Shown here: positions 26,715 to 36,454 of the stretch, one piece after another
Layout of the letters: every line of letters starts with the position of its first letter
Numbering within the stretch: the stretch's first letter is position 1
From: Myxococcota bacterium
GTDB lineage: Bacteria; Myxococcota_A; UBA9160; UBA4427
Assembly: GCA_965250285.1 (NCBI GenBank)
Contig: OZ252299.1
Location: forward strand, 3,475,104-3,539,103
Reading direction: 5' to 3'
Length of the DNA: 64,000 nt
The notes under the pieces: generated by a model
What the model saw: only the letters and a program-made list of their open reading frames with translations
What the model was told of the DNA's origin: nothing
Databases searched by the model: none
Program-made: the position numbers and the translations under genes

Positions 26715-28142
26715 ATGCTCGATTGGGCCCAGCTCGAAACGAATCCCTACCTCCGCGACAACGCATGTCCGATCGAGGAGGAGATGGAGGTCGCCCGGTG
26801 CGAGGTCATCGGTGAGATCCCCGAAGCCCTGTCGGGCGCCTTCCTGCGCAACGGCTCGAATCAGCAGTACGAGCCGCGCGGGCCCTACCACCTCTTCGAC
26901 GGCGACGGGATGATCCACGCGGTCTATCTCGAGAACGGTCAGGCGGGCTACCGCAATCGCTGGATTCTCTCGAAGGGGCTCGAATACGAGCGGAAGGTCG
27001 GGCACGCGATCTGGGGCGGCATGCGCGACGTGTTCCCGCCCGACGAGCAGGCCCTCGCCGAGGTCGGCCGGGCCAAGAACGTCGCGAACATCCACCTCGT
27101 CGAACACGCGGGCCACCTGCTCGCGCTCTGGGAGGCGGGCAAGCCCACTGAGGTCACCGCGCAGCTCGAGACGGTCGGTGAGTACAGCTTCGGCGGCAAG
27201 CTGAAGGGCGGGTTCTGCGCGCACCCACACTTCGACGAACGGACCGGCGAGATGTTCGGCTTCGCGTACCGGCCGATTCCGCCGTTCCTCATGTACTACG
27301 TCGTGGACAAGCACGGGCAGCTCAAGGTGAGCGAGGAGATCCCGGTCGAGAAGCCGGTGATGATGCACGACTTCGCGATCTCGGAGAACTACGCCGTCTT
27401 CTTCTATGCACCCGCGGTCTGGGACGTGATCAAGGCGATCCAGGAGGGCGGCCCCGCGATGACATGGCAGCCCGAGCGCGGCTGTCAGATCGGCCTGATG
27501 CCGCGCTATGGCAAGGGCAGCGAGATTCGCTGGTTCGAAGCCGACGTCGGCTGGTGCTTCCACTTCGCCAACGCGTTCGAGCGGGGGAACGAGGTGATCC
27601 TGGATGCCGTCCGCACCGATCGCGTGGACGACGACGTCAACGCGGCCGACGACGGCGGCTACACGGTGGGGTCGTTGCTCACGCGCTTCACGGTCAACCT
27701 CGAGACCGGCGGGCGGGCGACGACCCAGCAGTTCATGACCGAGCGACACTGCGAGTTTCCGCGCGTCGCGCGCCACATCGAGGGCCAGCATCACCGCTAC
27801 GCGTACATGCTCGGCACCGACAACGCGACCGACCTCGTCGCGTTCGACAGCTTCAACCACGTTTGCCGCTTCGACTACGAGACCGGCGAGAGCAACGTGT
27901 TCAAGGTGGACGACCTCGGCGGCGACGCGACCGAGTTCTCCTATGCGCCGAACCCCGAGAGCGACCGCGAAGAGGACGGCTGGCTCATGGGCTACGTCTA
28001 TCGCAAGGCGACGCACTCGAGCGAGCTGGTGATCCTCTCGGCGGGCGACCCGTCAGCTGGGCCGGTCGCGCGGGTCCTGCTCCCCCAGCGTGTGCCCGAG
28101 GGCTTCCACGGCTCCTGGATCCCCGGCCTGCCGTTCACCTAG
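26715..28142 (+). CDS. carotenoid cleavage oxygenase family (RPE65/lignostilbene dioxygenase-like)
   Basis: ATG 26715 after GGAGAGGA. Contains NPYLRDNACPIEEE..GEIPEALSGAFLRNGSN..HLFDGDGMIHAV..VANIHLVEHAG, with His-bearing blades (CAHPHFD, MMHDFAISE, FHFANAFE). Confidence 0.88.
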   Translation: MLDWAQLETNPYLRDNACPIEEEMEVARCEVIGEIPEALSGAFLRNGSNQQYEPRGPYHLFDGDGMIHAVYLENGQAGYRNRWILSKGLEYERKVGHAIWGGMRDVFPPDEQALAEVGRAKNVANIHLVEHAGHLLALWEAGKPTEVTAQLETVGEYSFGGKLKGGFCAHPHFDERTGEMFGFAYRPIPPFLMYYVVDKHGQLKVSEEIPVEKPVMMHDFAISENYAVFFYAPAVWDVIKAIQEGGPAMTWQPERGCQIGLMPRYGKGSEIRWFEADVGWCFHFANAFERGNEVILDAVRTDRVDDDVNAADDGGYTVGSLLTRFTVNLETGGRATTQQFMTERHCEFPRVARHIEGQHHRYAYMLGTDNATDLVAFDSFNHVCRFDYETGESNVFKVDDLGGDATEFSYAPNPESDREEDGWLMGYVYRKATHSSELVILSAGDPSAGPVARVLLPQRVPEGFHGSWIPGLPFT

Positions 28143-28331
28143 GGGGCGCGGGCCATCTCCGAGCCGACCCCGACCACGTCGAGCGCCTCCGACGGGGCGC
28201 CGCCCGCCCCGCTCGACCCGCTGACCGCCGAGCGTGGCGCTGGCTACGCGTTCGCGCTCGGCTCGGCTCTGTGCACGGCCGTCGCCACCATCCCCTACAA
28301 GCTCGCGGCCACCGAGGCGCCCCTCGAGGTC

Positions 28332-29213
28332 GTGGTGTTGCTGCTGCTGGCGAGCGCGGCGAGCCTCAACACGGCGACCGCCCTCGCACGGGGTGGGGCC
28401 CGCTGGCTGCGCGCGAGCGTCGCATCCACGGCCAACGGCGACGCCACGGACGGGGGCGACCCAACCGAGGGCCCGGGCGCCCCACTGAAGAACCAAGTCT
28501 CGTGGCGCATCACGCTCTGGGCGAGCCTGCTGAGCGGGGCCCTGGCCGCCGGCGCGAACGCCGGGGCGACCGAGGCGATCGCCCGACTCGATCCATCGGT
28601 CGCGGTGCTGCTGATCCAGCTGCAGGTGGGCGTGGCGGCCGTGCTCGGTTGGCTCTGGCTCGGCGAACCCGTCTCGCGCCGCTTCGTCGCGGGCGGTGTG
28701 GTCGCGATCGTCGGCGTCGCGGCCCTGGCGGAGGGCGGTCTCACGGGCGATCTCGATGCCGCCGCCGTCGGGTGGGGCCTGGTCGGTGCGCTGTGCTTCG
28801 GCAGCCTCCACGTGGTGATCCGCCGCTACGTCGACCGCATCGATCTCGTGTGGACCAACGCCCTCCGCCTGTGGATCGCGGTGGCCGTCGTCGCCGCCAG
28901 CTCGGGCGCGCTCGCCGAGCTGCTCGGCGCGCCCCCGCGGATCGTGCTGCTGTCGGCCACCGCGGCGACCGTGGGCCCCTTCGTCGGTCGACTGATGATG
29001 ATGCGGGCCACGCGCAGCCTGCCGGCCGCGACGAGCACGCTCTTCGGCCTGGCCTCGCCGGTCCTGACCGTCGGCACGGCCTGGCTCTTCCTCGGCACCC
29101 TCCCCTCGCTGCGCGAAGCAGTGGCGGGCGCCGTCGTTCTCGGCGGGCTCGCGCTCGCCCTCACCCCCGCCTGGACGGGATCCGTTCGCACTCTGGAAAG
29201 GAGCACACCGTGA
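28332..29213 (+). CDS. EamA/DMT family transporter (true start probably upstream of 28332)
   Basis: Nine hydrophobic helices lie downstream of the first GTG. A tenth (GYAFALGSALCTAVATIPYKLAA) is encoded in-frame at about 28242-28310, where no ATG/GTG/TTG exists. Confidence 0.75.
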   Translation: MVLLLLASAASLNTATALARGGARWLRASVASTANGDATDGGDPTEGPGAPLKNQVSWRITLWASLLSGALAAGANAGATEAIARLDPSVAVLLIQLQVGVAAVLGWLWLGEPVSRRFVAGGVVAIVGVAALAEGGLTGDLDAAAVGWGLVGALCFGSLHVVIRRYVDRIDLVWTNALRLWIAVAVVAASSGALAELLGAPPRIVLLSATAATVGPFVGRLMMMRATRSLPAATSTLFGLASPVLTVGTAWLFLGTLPSLREAVAGAVVLGGLALALTPAWTGSVRTLERSTP

Positions 29214-29737
29214 TCGAGTTTGCCCCCGAGAAGACCTGGCTGCCGGTCGAACAACGCATGGAGGACGAGACCAACCCGCGCATCCGCTCGAACCTCGAAG
29301 AGGTGCGCAACCACATGCGCGCCGAGATTCGAGGCGAGCACGGCCCGCTGATGGAGACGCTCACCCAGGATCCGCAGTATCACATGTGGGGCCTCCCCGA
29401 AGAGACCGGGCCGAAGGGGCGCGAAGTCGTCTCGGAGTTCTACGAGAACATGATCGCCACGGGCGGCAACCGGTTTCACTTCGACGTGCGACTGATCTGC
29501 GCCGATGAGCGCTCGGTCGTGACCGAGGGCGTCATGCGCACGCTGTTCACCGGACAGGTGGTGAAGGCGATGGGCATCGAAGAGGTCGAGGGAGAAGCGG
29601 TCGAGGACAAAGACGAGTACGTGAGCGAGTGGCAGATCCTCACGGTGTGGCCCATCGACGAAGCGGGCAAGATCATCGGGGAAGACATCTACTTCGGAAG
29701 CACGCCGATGAAGACAATCGGCCGGCGCGCACCGTGA
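29210..29737 (+). CDS. NTF2-like / SnoaL-like (polyketide-cyclase fold) protein
   Basis: GTG 29210 after GGAAAGGAG, overlapping the EamA stop (GTGA). 175 aa: ..NLEEVRNHMRAEIRGEHGPLMETL..FHFDVRLICADERSVVTEG..WQILTVWPIDEAGKIIGEDIY. Confidence 0.6.
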   Translation: MIEFAPEKTWLPVEQRMEDETNPRIRSNLEEVRNHMRAEIRGEHGPLMETLTQDPQYHMWGLPEETGPKGREVVSEFYENMIATGGNRFHFDVRLICADERSVVTEGVMRTLFTGQVVKAMGIEEVEGEAVEDKDEYVSEWQILTVWPIDEAGKIIGEDIYFGSTPMKTIGRRAP

Positions 29738-29750
29738 CCGACGAAACGGG

Positions 29751-30722
29751 GTGCGCGCCGGCCGCCGGATCGACGACGTGACGATCGATCTCGGGGGCCG
29801 GGTCGCCATCGTGACCGGCGCGGGACGAGGCATCGGGCGCGCGACCGCGCTCGAGCTCGCGCGCCTCGGCGCGAGCGTCGTGGTGAACGATCTCGGCGTC
29901 ACGACCGATGGCGCACACGCCGACGATGCGCCGGCTACGCAGGTCGTGCGTGAGATCGAGGCCGCAGGCGGACGCGCTGCCGCCAGCACCGACTCGGTCG
30001 CCGAGTTCGACGGGGCCCGCGCCATCGTCGCGACGGCCGTCGAGCAGTTCGGTGGCGTCGACATTCTCGTGAACAACGCCGGCCTATCGGCCGGTGCACC
30101 GATCTGGGCACTCGCCCCGGATCTCTTCGAGCGCGTCTGCTTCTCGCACGTCGTCGGCGCGTTCAACTGCACGCGCTGCGCCGTCCCCGTGATGATGGAT
30201 CGAGGCTTCGGCCGCATCGTGAACCTCGTCTCGCGAGCCGGCCTGCTCGGCATGCCGGGGACGGCTGCGTACGGCGCCGGCAAGGGCGGTGTCTTCGGGT
30301 TGACCAACGTGACCAGTCGCGATCTCGCGCCCCATGGCATTACGGTCAACGCCGTGAACCCGGCCGCCACCGATACCCGCATGGTGACCGAAGCCATCGA
30401 TCGCATGCAGAGCGACGGCGACCCCGAATCGATCGACGTCGCGCGCGGCCTCCGTGCAGCGCTGCAGCGTCCCGAGGCGGTGGCCTCGGTCATCGGAGCG
30501 CTCTGCTCGCCCCAGGCGAGCGGGATCACCGGCGAGATCTTCTACGTATCGGGCGACGAGGTGGGCGTCTTCGAGCCGCTGCACGTGCGGCAGACGCGGC
30601 GGCGCGAAGACGGGTGGACGAGCGAGGCGCTCGTCGACGTGCTCGGCGAGTTCGAGACGCACGCGCTCGAGGGCCCGTACTCGGGCGAGCGCGAAGCGAC
30701 CGACGGCGACGACACGACCTGA
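29751..30722 (+). CDS. short-chain dehydrogenase/reductase (SDR)
   Basis: [34 protein letters not shown], and catalytic ..YGAGKGG. 13 bp after the upstream gene. An alternative GTG start lies at 29778. Confidence 0.88.
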   Translation: MRAGRRIDDVTIDLGGRVAIVTGAGRGIGRATALELARLGASVVVNDLGVTTDGAHADDAPATQVVREIEAAGGRAAASTDSVAEFDGARAIVATAVEQFGGVDILVNNAGLSAGAPIWALAPDLFERVCFSHVVGAFNCTRCAVPVMMDRGFGRIVNLVSRAGLLGMPGTAAYGAGKGGVFGLTNVTSRDLAPHGITVNAVNPAATDTRMVTEAIDRMQSDGDPESIDVARGLRAALQRPEAVASVIGALCSPQASGITGEIFYVSGDEVGVFEPLHVRQTRRREDGWTSEALVDVLGEFETHALEGPYSGEREATDGDDTT

Positions 30723-31281
30723 TCGCGCGAGCGGCGCACGCGTCCGCATCGGCTTGCCGGACCGGCCGCCGGGTGTCTCGCGCTACGCGCGAAACCCATC
30801 GAGCTCGCGCCTCGATCGCGCATCGACCGCGTTGCTCCCCCCACGATGCTCCCACCCCGAGCGTCTTCAACGCGGCTCCTGGCCAGCGGGTTGCCGCAAC
30901 CAATCGCAGCACGCCCAGGAGCGGCTCCTCAATCCACGGGCACCCGCCGTGAAATTACGCCCGGCTGCGCGTGCTCTTCGCCCCGATCCGACACGCGTCG
31001 GTGGCGAGCGTGCGCATGGGTTGGCCGCGCTCGACCTGGACGACCTCAGGACAACGCGCGCTCAGCGGCACGCGGCGCCCGTGCTGACGGCCGCCCCGCG
31101 TGAAGATTTCCGACCCGCACCTGATCGAATCGAAATGAGGTGCAATCGTCTGCAGCAGTGGCGACGGCGGTGGCTACGCCGAAGCTTCGGACGAGCGCAC
31201 GGGCCAACCACCATCGCATCGACACGTCCACTGCGGTGGGGACCCGTTCGGCGCTCGCGCAGCCAAACGGGGGATTCGCAC

Positions 31282-32733
31282 ATGAGCGATGCGTCGTCGG
31301 TGTCGAGCGGGTCCGACGCCTACAACTACACGGTGGTGCGCCAGTTCACGATCATGACGATCGTCTGGGGCATCGTCGGCATGCTGGTCGGTGTCGTGAT
31401 CGCAGCACAGCTCGCGTGGCCCGAGCTGAACTTCGACGTGCCGTGGCTGTCGTACGGCCGTCTGCGGCCTCTGCACACCAACGCGGTGATCTTCGCATTC
31501 GGTGGGTGCGCACTGTTCGCGACGTCGTACTACTGCGTGCAGCGCACCTGCCAGGCCGGGCTCTTCGGTGGTCCGCTCGTCGCATTCACGTTCTGGGGCT
31601 GGCAGCTCGTCATCGTCGCGGCCGCGATCAGCCTGCCCCTCGGCATCACGGCGACGAAAGAGTACGCCGAGCTCGAGTGGCCGATCGATGTGTTGATCGC
31701 GCTGGTGTGGGTCGCGTACGCGGTCGTCTTCTTCGGGACGATCGTGAAGCGCAAGACCCCCCACATCTATGTCGCCAACTGGTTCTACGGGGCGTTCATC
31801 CTGACCGTCGCTGTGCTGCACATCGTGAACAGCCTGGCGATCCCGGTCACGATGACGAAGTCGTACTCGATCTACCCGGGCGCCCTCGATGCCATGGTTC
31901 AGTGGTGGTACGGACACAACGCCGTGGGCTTCTTCCTGACCGCCGGGTTCCTCGGCATGATGTACTACTACGTACCGAAGCAGGCCGAGCGTCCGATCTA
32001 CTCGTACCGGCTCTCGATCGTCCACTTCTGGGCGTTGATCTCGATCTACATGTGGGCGGGTCCGCACCACCTGCACTACTCGTCGCTGCCCGACTGGGTG
32101 CAGTCGGTCGGCATGGTGTTCTCGTTGATCCTGCTCGCCCCAAGCTGGGGAGGCATGATCAACGGCATCATGACCTTGAGCGGCGCCTGGGAGAAGCTGC
32201 GCGACGACCCGGTGATTCGATTCATGGTCGTCTCACTCTCGTTCTACGGCATGTCGACCTTCGAGGGCCCGATGATGTCGATCAAGACCGTGAACGCGCT
32301 CTCGCATTTCACCGACTGGACGATCGGCCACGTCCACTCCGGCGCGCTCGGATGGGTCGCGATGATGACCATCGGATCGCTCTACTACCTGATCCCGCGG
32401 CTCTACGGACAGACGCAGATGTGGAGCGTGCGGCTGATCAACACGCACTTCTGGCTCTCGACCATCGGCGTCGTGCTCTATGTCGCCAACATGTGGATCG
32501 CGGGCGTGATGCAGGGCCTGATGTGGCGCGCGGTGAACGAGGACGGGACGTTGACGTACACGTTCGTCGAGAGCCTCGAAGCGACGTGGCCCTACTACGT
32601 CGGTCGCCTGCTCGGAGGATTCGTCTTCTTCACGGGCATGTTCGTCATGGCGTACAACACGTGGAAGACGGCGAGCGGGTCTGGAGCCGAGGCGAGCGAC
32701 GAGTCGCTGGCACCGGTGGAGGTGCCGGCGTGA
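31282..32733 (+). CDS. ccoN: cbb3-type cytochrome c oxidase subunit I
   Basis: 483 aa with 12+ TM helices: ..[48 protein letters not shown]. Confidence 0.93.
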   Translation: MSDASSVSSGSDAYNYTVVRQFTIMTIVWGIVGMLVGVVIAAQLAWPELNFDVPWLSYGRLRPLHTNAVIFAFGGCALFATSYYCVQRTCQAGLFGGPLVAFTFWGWQLVIVAAAISLPLGITATKEYAELEWPIDVLIALVWVAYAVVFFGTIVKRKTPHIYVANWFYGAFILTVAVLHIVNSLAIPVTMTKSYSIYPGALDAMVQWWYGHNAVGFFLTAGFLGMMYYYVPKQAERPIYSYRLSIVHFWALISIYMWAGPHHLHYSSLPDWVQSVGMVFSLILLAPSWGGMINGIMTLSGAWEKLRDDPVIRFMVVSLSFYGMSTFEGPMMSIKTVNALSHFTDWTIGHVHSGALGWVAMMTIGSLYYLIPRLYGQTQMWSVRLINTHFWLSTIGVVLYVANMWIAGVMQGLMWRAVNEDGTLTYTFVESLEATWPYYVGRLLGGFVFFTGMFVMAYNTWKTASGSGAEASDESLAPVEVPA

Positions 32734-33341
32734 ATCACGATCTCATCGAAAAGAACATCGGGCTCATGATGGTGCTGATCGTCGTGGTGATCAGTCTCGG
32801 CGGGCTGGCCGAGATCCTCCCGCTCTTCGCCGAAGGCATCGCGAGCGAGCCGGTCCCCGGCCTTCGCCCGCTCACCGCGCTCGAGCTCGAGGGACGCGAC
32901 ATCTACCAGCGCGAAGGCTGCATCGGCTGCCACTCGCAGATGATCCGCCCACTGCGGGCCGAGACCGAGCGCTATGGCCACTACTCGCTCTCCGGCGAGG
33001 TGGCGTACGAGCATCCGTTCTTGTGGGGCTCGAAGCGCACGGGGCCCGACCTCGCTCGCGTCGGGGGTCGCTACAGCGACGACTGGCACCGACAGCATCT
33101 GATCAATCCGCGCATCCTCGTGCCCGAATCGAACATGCCCGGCTTTCCGTGGCTCGAAGAGACGCTGCTCGATGGCGCCGAGACCGGCGCCAAGATGTCG
33201 GCGCTCAGGATCGTGGGCGTGCCGTACACCGACGATCAGATCGAAGGCGCCCAGGCCGCCGTCGCGGGCAAGACCGAGATGCAGGCGGTGATCGCCTACC
33301 TCCAGCAGCTGGGCACCCACCTCGACCGGGGGGCGCGCTGA
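32730..33341 (+). CDS. ccoO: cbb3-type cytochrome c oxidase subunit II (monoheme)
   Basis: The GTG start overlaps the ccoN stop (GTGA). TM anchor, heme site CIGCHSQ, and [16 protein letters not shown]. Confidence 0.92.
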   Translation: MNHDLIEKNIGLMMVLIVVVISLGGLAEILPLFAEGIASEPVPGLRPLTALELEGRDIYQREGCIGCHSQMIRPLRAETERYGHYSLSGEVAYEHPFLWGSKRTGPDLARVGGRYSDDWHRQHLINPRILVPESNMPGFPWLEETLLDGAETGAKMSALRIVGVPYTDDQIEGAQAAVAGKTEMQAVIAYLQQLGTHLDRGAR

Positions 33342-33520
33342 TGGAAATGGGTTGGGCGCGCGGCGTGATCGCCGTGCTCACGCTGGTCGTGTTCCTCGGA
33401 ATCTGCTGGTGGGCCTATCGGCCGGGGAACAAAGAGCGGTTCGAGGAAGACGCGATGATGCCGTTCGCAGACGACGACACGTCGGCGCGTGACGAAGGCG
33501 ACGAAGGAGCGAATCGATGA
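33341..33520 (+). CDS. ccoQ: cbb3 oxidase small subunit CcoQ
   Basis: 59 aa with a single TM (GVIAVLTLVVFLGICWWAYRPGNK). 1-nt overlap with the ccoO stop (TGATG). Confidence 0.8.
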   Translation: MEMGWARGVIAVLTLVVFLGICWWAYRPGNKERFEEDAMMPFADDDTSARDEGDEGANR

Positions 33521-34413
33521 GTACCGGCTGGAGCATCTTCGTCATCGTGCTCATCGTGGTCAACGTCGTCGGCTGCATGTGGCTGCTGTTCGCGAACCGC
33601 ACCATCAAGGTCGACCCGGAGACCAAGGGCAAGTCACTGGGCCACGACTTCGACGGGATCGAAGAGCTGAACAACCCACTCCCGGCATGGTGGAGCTGGC
33701 TCTTCGTGCTCACGGTGGTGTTCTCGATCGCCTACTTCGTGCTGTACCCGGGCTTCGGCAACGTCGCTGGCGTGCTCGGGTGGACGTCGACCAATCAGTA
33801 CGACGCCGAGGTGGCGGCCGCCGACGCACAGTGGGGGCCGATCTTCCGTGGCTACCTCGAGACGCCGATCCCCGATCTGCTGAACGACGAGCGGGCGCTG
33901 CGCATGGGCGGGCGCATCTTCGCGAACAACTGCTCGCCCTGTCATGGATCGGACGCGCGCGGCAACACGGGCTACCCGAACCTGACCGACGGCGACTGGC
34001 TCTACGGCGGTACACCCGAGGCCATCGTGCACTCGGTCACCCACGGCCGAAACGGCCTGATGCCGCCGTTCGGCGATGCGGTGGGGGGCGAGCCCGGGAT
34101 CGCCGCTGTGACCGAGTACGTGCTGTCGCTCTCGGGCCGCGAGCACGACGCCGCGCTGGCCGCCGACGGCAAGCAGCACTTCGATACGATCTGCATGGCG
34201 TGCCACGGCATGGACGGAACCGGGAACCAGGCCATGGGCGCACCGAACCTGACCGACGACATCTGGCTGCACGGGGGTCGACGCGAAGACATCCAGTATC
34301 AGGTGCGCGTCGGAAGGCTCAACCAGATGCCCGCCTGGGGGCCGATCCTCGGCGACGAGCGCGTGCATCTCGTCGCGGCCTACGTGCTCTCGCTCTCCCA
34401 GGGCGACGAGTAA
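33517..34413 (+). CDS. ccoP: cbb3 oxidase diheme cytochrome c subunit III
   Basis: FixP N-terminal motif (HDFDGIEELNNPLPAWW) and two heme sites, CSPCHG and CMACHG. ATGA overlap with ccoQ. Confidence 0.92.
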   Translation: MSTGWSIFVIVLIVVNVVGCMWLLFANRTIKVDPETKGKSLGHDFDGIEELNNPLPAWWSWLFVLTVVFSIAYFVLYPGFGNVAGVLGWTSTNQYDAEVAAADAQWGPIFRGYLETPIPDLLNDERALRMGGRIFANNCSPCHGSDARGNTGYPNLTDGDWLYGGTPEAIVHSVTHGRNGLMPPFGDAVGGEPGIAAVTEYVLSLSGREHDAALAADGKQHFDTICMACHGMDGTGNQAMGAPNLTDDIWLHGGRREDIQYQVRVGRLNQMPAWGPILGDERVHLVAAYVLSLSQGDE

Positions 34414-34487
34414 CCCGCGTCGACGGATCGACCCATCCAACCCGACCGAGAGCCCCTCGAAGGACGCCCGCTGAGACAGGATCTGCC

Positions 34488-35906
34488 GTGAACACCGCCG
34501 CCCCTCAATCCGAACCCGAGACGATCTCCCTCTACGAGAAGTGGCGGAAGATCTACCCCCTGTGGGTCGACGGATCGTTCCAGACCTGGCGTCGGATCAC
34601 GCTCGTCGTCCTGCTGCTGATCTTCTACGTGAGTCCGTGGCTCACCTGGAACGGGCAGCGCGGCGTGCACTTCGACCTCGAGCATCGCCGCTTCACCCTG
34701 GCATTCGTGACCTTCGTGCCCGAAGAGTTCTACCTGCTTGCCTGGGCGCTGATCATCGCCGCGTTCACGCTGTTCTTCGTCACGGTGGTCGCCGGGCGCA
34801 TCTTCTGTGGCTGGGCCTGCCCGCAGACCGTCTGGTCGCTGGTCTACTTCACGATCGAGTACCTGGTCGAGGGCGACCGCAGCGCGCGAATGCGCCTCGA
34901 CCAGGGGCGATGGAACGCCAACCGGATTCGCAAGAAGCTGCTCAAGTTCTCTCTGTGGACAGTGCTAGCACTCTCGATCTCGATCACGTTCATGGGCTAC
35001 TTCCAGCCCTTGCCCGAGTTCTTGCCGCGGCTCGCGCGCGGCGACCTCTCGGGCATGGAGTGGGCGATGATCGGCCTGCCCGCGCTCGCCACGTTCATGA
35101 TGCAGGGCGTGCTTCGCGAGCAGGTCTGCTTTCACATGTGCCCGTACGCGCGATTCCAGAGCGTGATGTTCGACCGCGACACGCTGATCATTGCCTACGA
35201 CAAGGAGCGCGGAGAACCCCGGGGCAAGCGCCGGCGCGGCACCGACCCCGACGAAGCCGGCCTCGGGTCATGCATCGACTGCAAGAAGTGCGTGAGCGTG
35301 TGTCCGACCGGCATCGACATTCGCGAAGGCCTGCAATACCAGTGCATCGGCTGCGCGAACTGCATCGACGTGTGCAACGACGTGATGGACCAGATGGGCT
35401 ACCCGCGCGATCTCGTTCGCTACAGCAGCGAGAATCGCGACGAACACGCACCACGACACAAGCTGCGCCCGCGCCTCGTCGGCTACCTGGCCATGCTCGT
35501 CCTGGTCTCGAGCCTCTTCGGTTGGCAGGTGACTCACCGAGAAGCGCTCTCGATGGACGTGTCGCGCGATCGGTCGCGTCTGTACCGAGAGAACTGGGAT
35601 GGCAGCGTCGAGAACGTCTACACCCTGCACGTGCAGAATCGGACCGACGCACCGGCCGCCTACGCGCTGACCGTCGACGCCGAGGTGCCCCTGACTTGGG
35701 AAGGGCCGGAGCAGATCGAGTTGGCTGCGCGCGAACGTCAGAGCGTATCGATCCGCCTCGTGATGAGCCCCGAAACCCCGACGAGCAGCACGCAGAGCCC
35801 CGTGTTCTTCGACATCCGAGCGCTCGGCGAGAGCGACGCCAGTGCGCGCAAGCAGAGCCGGTTCATCCGGCCCGAAGAGGTGTACCGAGAGGGGGGCTCC
35901 CCGTGA
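34488..35906 (+). CDS. ccoG: cytochrome c oxidase accessory protein CcoG (FixG, 4Fe-4S)
   Basis: GTG start, 472 aa. Contains GRIFCGWACPQTVW and two ferredoxin motifs (CIDCKKCVSVCP, CIGCANCIDVC). Confidence 0.9.
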   Translation: MNTAAPQSEPETISLYEKWRKIYPLWVDGSFQTWRRITLVVLLLIFYVSPWLTWNGQRGVHFDLEHRRFTLAFVTFVPEEFYLLAWALIIAAFTLFFVTVVAGRIFCGWACPQTVWSLVYFTIEYLVEGDRSARMRLDQGRWNANRIRKKLLKFSLWTVLALSISITFMGYFQPLPEFLPRLARGDLSGMEWAMIGLPALATFMMQGVLREQVCFHMCPYARFQSVMFDRDTLIIAYDKERGEPRGKRRRGTDPDEAGLGSCIDCKKCVSVCPTGIDIREGLQYQCIGCANCIDVCNDVMDQMGYPRDLVRYSSENRDEHAPRHKLRPRLVGYLAMLVLVSSLFGWQVTHREALSMDVSRDRSRLYRENWDGSVENVYTLHVQNRTDAPAAYALTVDAEVPLTWEGPEQIELAARERQSVSIRLVMSPETPTSSTQSPVFFDIRALGESDASARKQSRFIRPEEVYREGGSP

Positions 35907-36454
35907 GCACGACGGCCCCCCTGCCCTGGTACCGGCACTTCTGGCCCTGGTTCGTGCTCGGCCTGCTCGGCACTTCCATCGTCGGCAGCCTGACGACCGT
36001 GTACATCGCGTTCTCGGGTCGCGACCCCGAGGTGCGCGACACCTGGTCGAGTGACGCCAAGGCCGTCACGCGCGACGACGCGCCTGATCAGCTCGCGGAT
36101 GCACTGGGCCTGAGCGCACGGATCGTCGCGCTCGACGGTGCACCGATCGTGCGCGTGACCCTCTTCAGCACCGCCGACGCCGCGCTGGCCGATCGAATCA
36201 CCGCCCGGCTCGTCCACCCGACGCTCCAGCAGCGCGACCTCGAGATCACGCTGCGGAGTGTGGGCGTCGACGCGTACGAAGGCGAGCTCGCTTCGCCGAT
36301 CACGGGGCGATTCCACCTGCTGCTCGAGGGTGAAGCACGCGTTCTGGGCGAGGCCGAACCCGCGCCCTGGCGGCTCGGCACCCGGACCGACGTCGTCCGC
36401 GGCCGCGCGATCGAGATCGGCCCGATCCCCGACGCCGGTCGGGTCGGCTCTTGA
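35903..36454 (+). CDS. ccoH: FixH/CcoH family assembly protein
   Basis: GTGA overlap with ccoG. N-terminus PWYRHFWPWFVLGLLGTSIVGSL is typical of FixH. Confidence 0.8.
   Translation: MSTTAPLPWYRHFWPWFVLGLLGTSIVGSLTTVYIAFSGRDPEVRDTWSSDAKAVTRDDAPDQLADALGLSARIVALDGAPIVRVTLFSTADAALADRITARLVHPTLQQRDLEITLRSVGVDAYEGELASPITGRFHLLLEGEARVLGEAEPAPWRLGTRTDVVRGRAIEIGPIPDAGRVGS

Noticed and set aside
26253-28016. A 587-aa minus-strand ORF, and the 757-aa plus-strand ORF 27464..29737.
   Set aside because: The first is antisense to the carotenoid oxygenase. The second is an out-of-frame run through the oxygenase and EamA genes, and only its last 175 codons (from GTG 29210) look like a real SnoaL-like protein.
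28195-28212. CGCCCGCCCC matches the 3' end of tRNA-His, which could be the far att repeat of an island spanning 24.6-28.2 kb.
   Set aside because: This is a 10-nt GC-only match in a ~70% GC genome and is not significant. There is no integrase, and the interval contains ordinary metabolic genes with the same composition as the flanks.
30723-31281. I expected an FNR/Anr box (TTGAT-N4-ATCAA) upstream of ccoN.
   Set aside because: I read the 560-bp region and found no such site. There are only weak dyads (for example CACCT-N15-AGGTG around 31117-31141), so no regulatory site is called.
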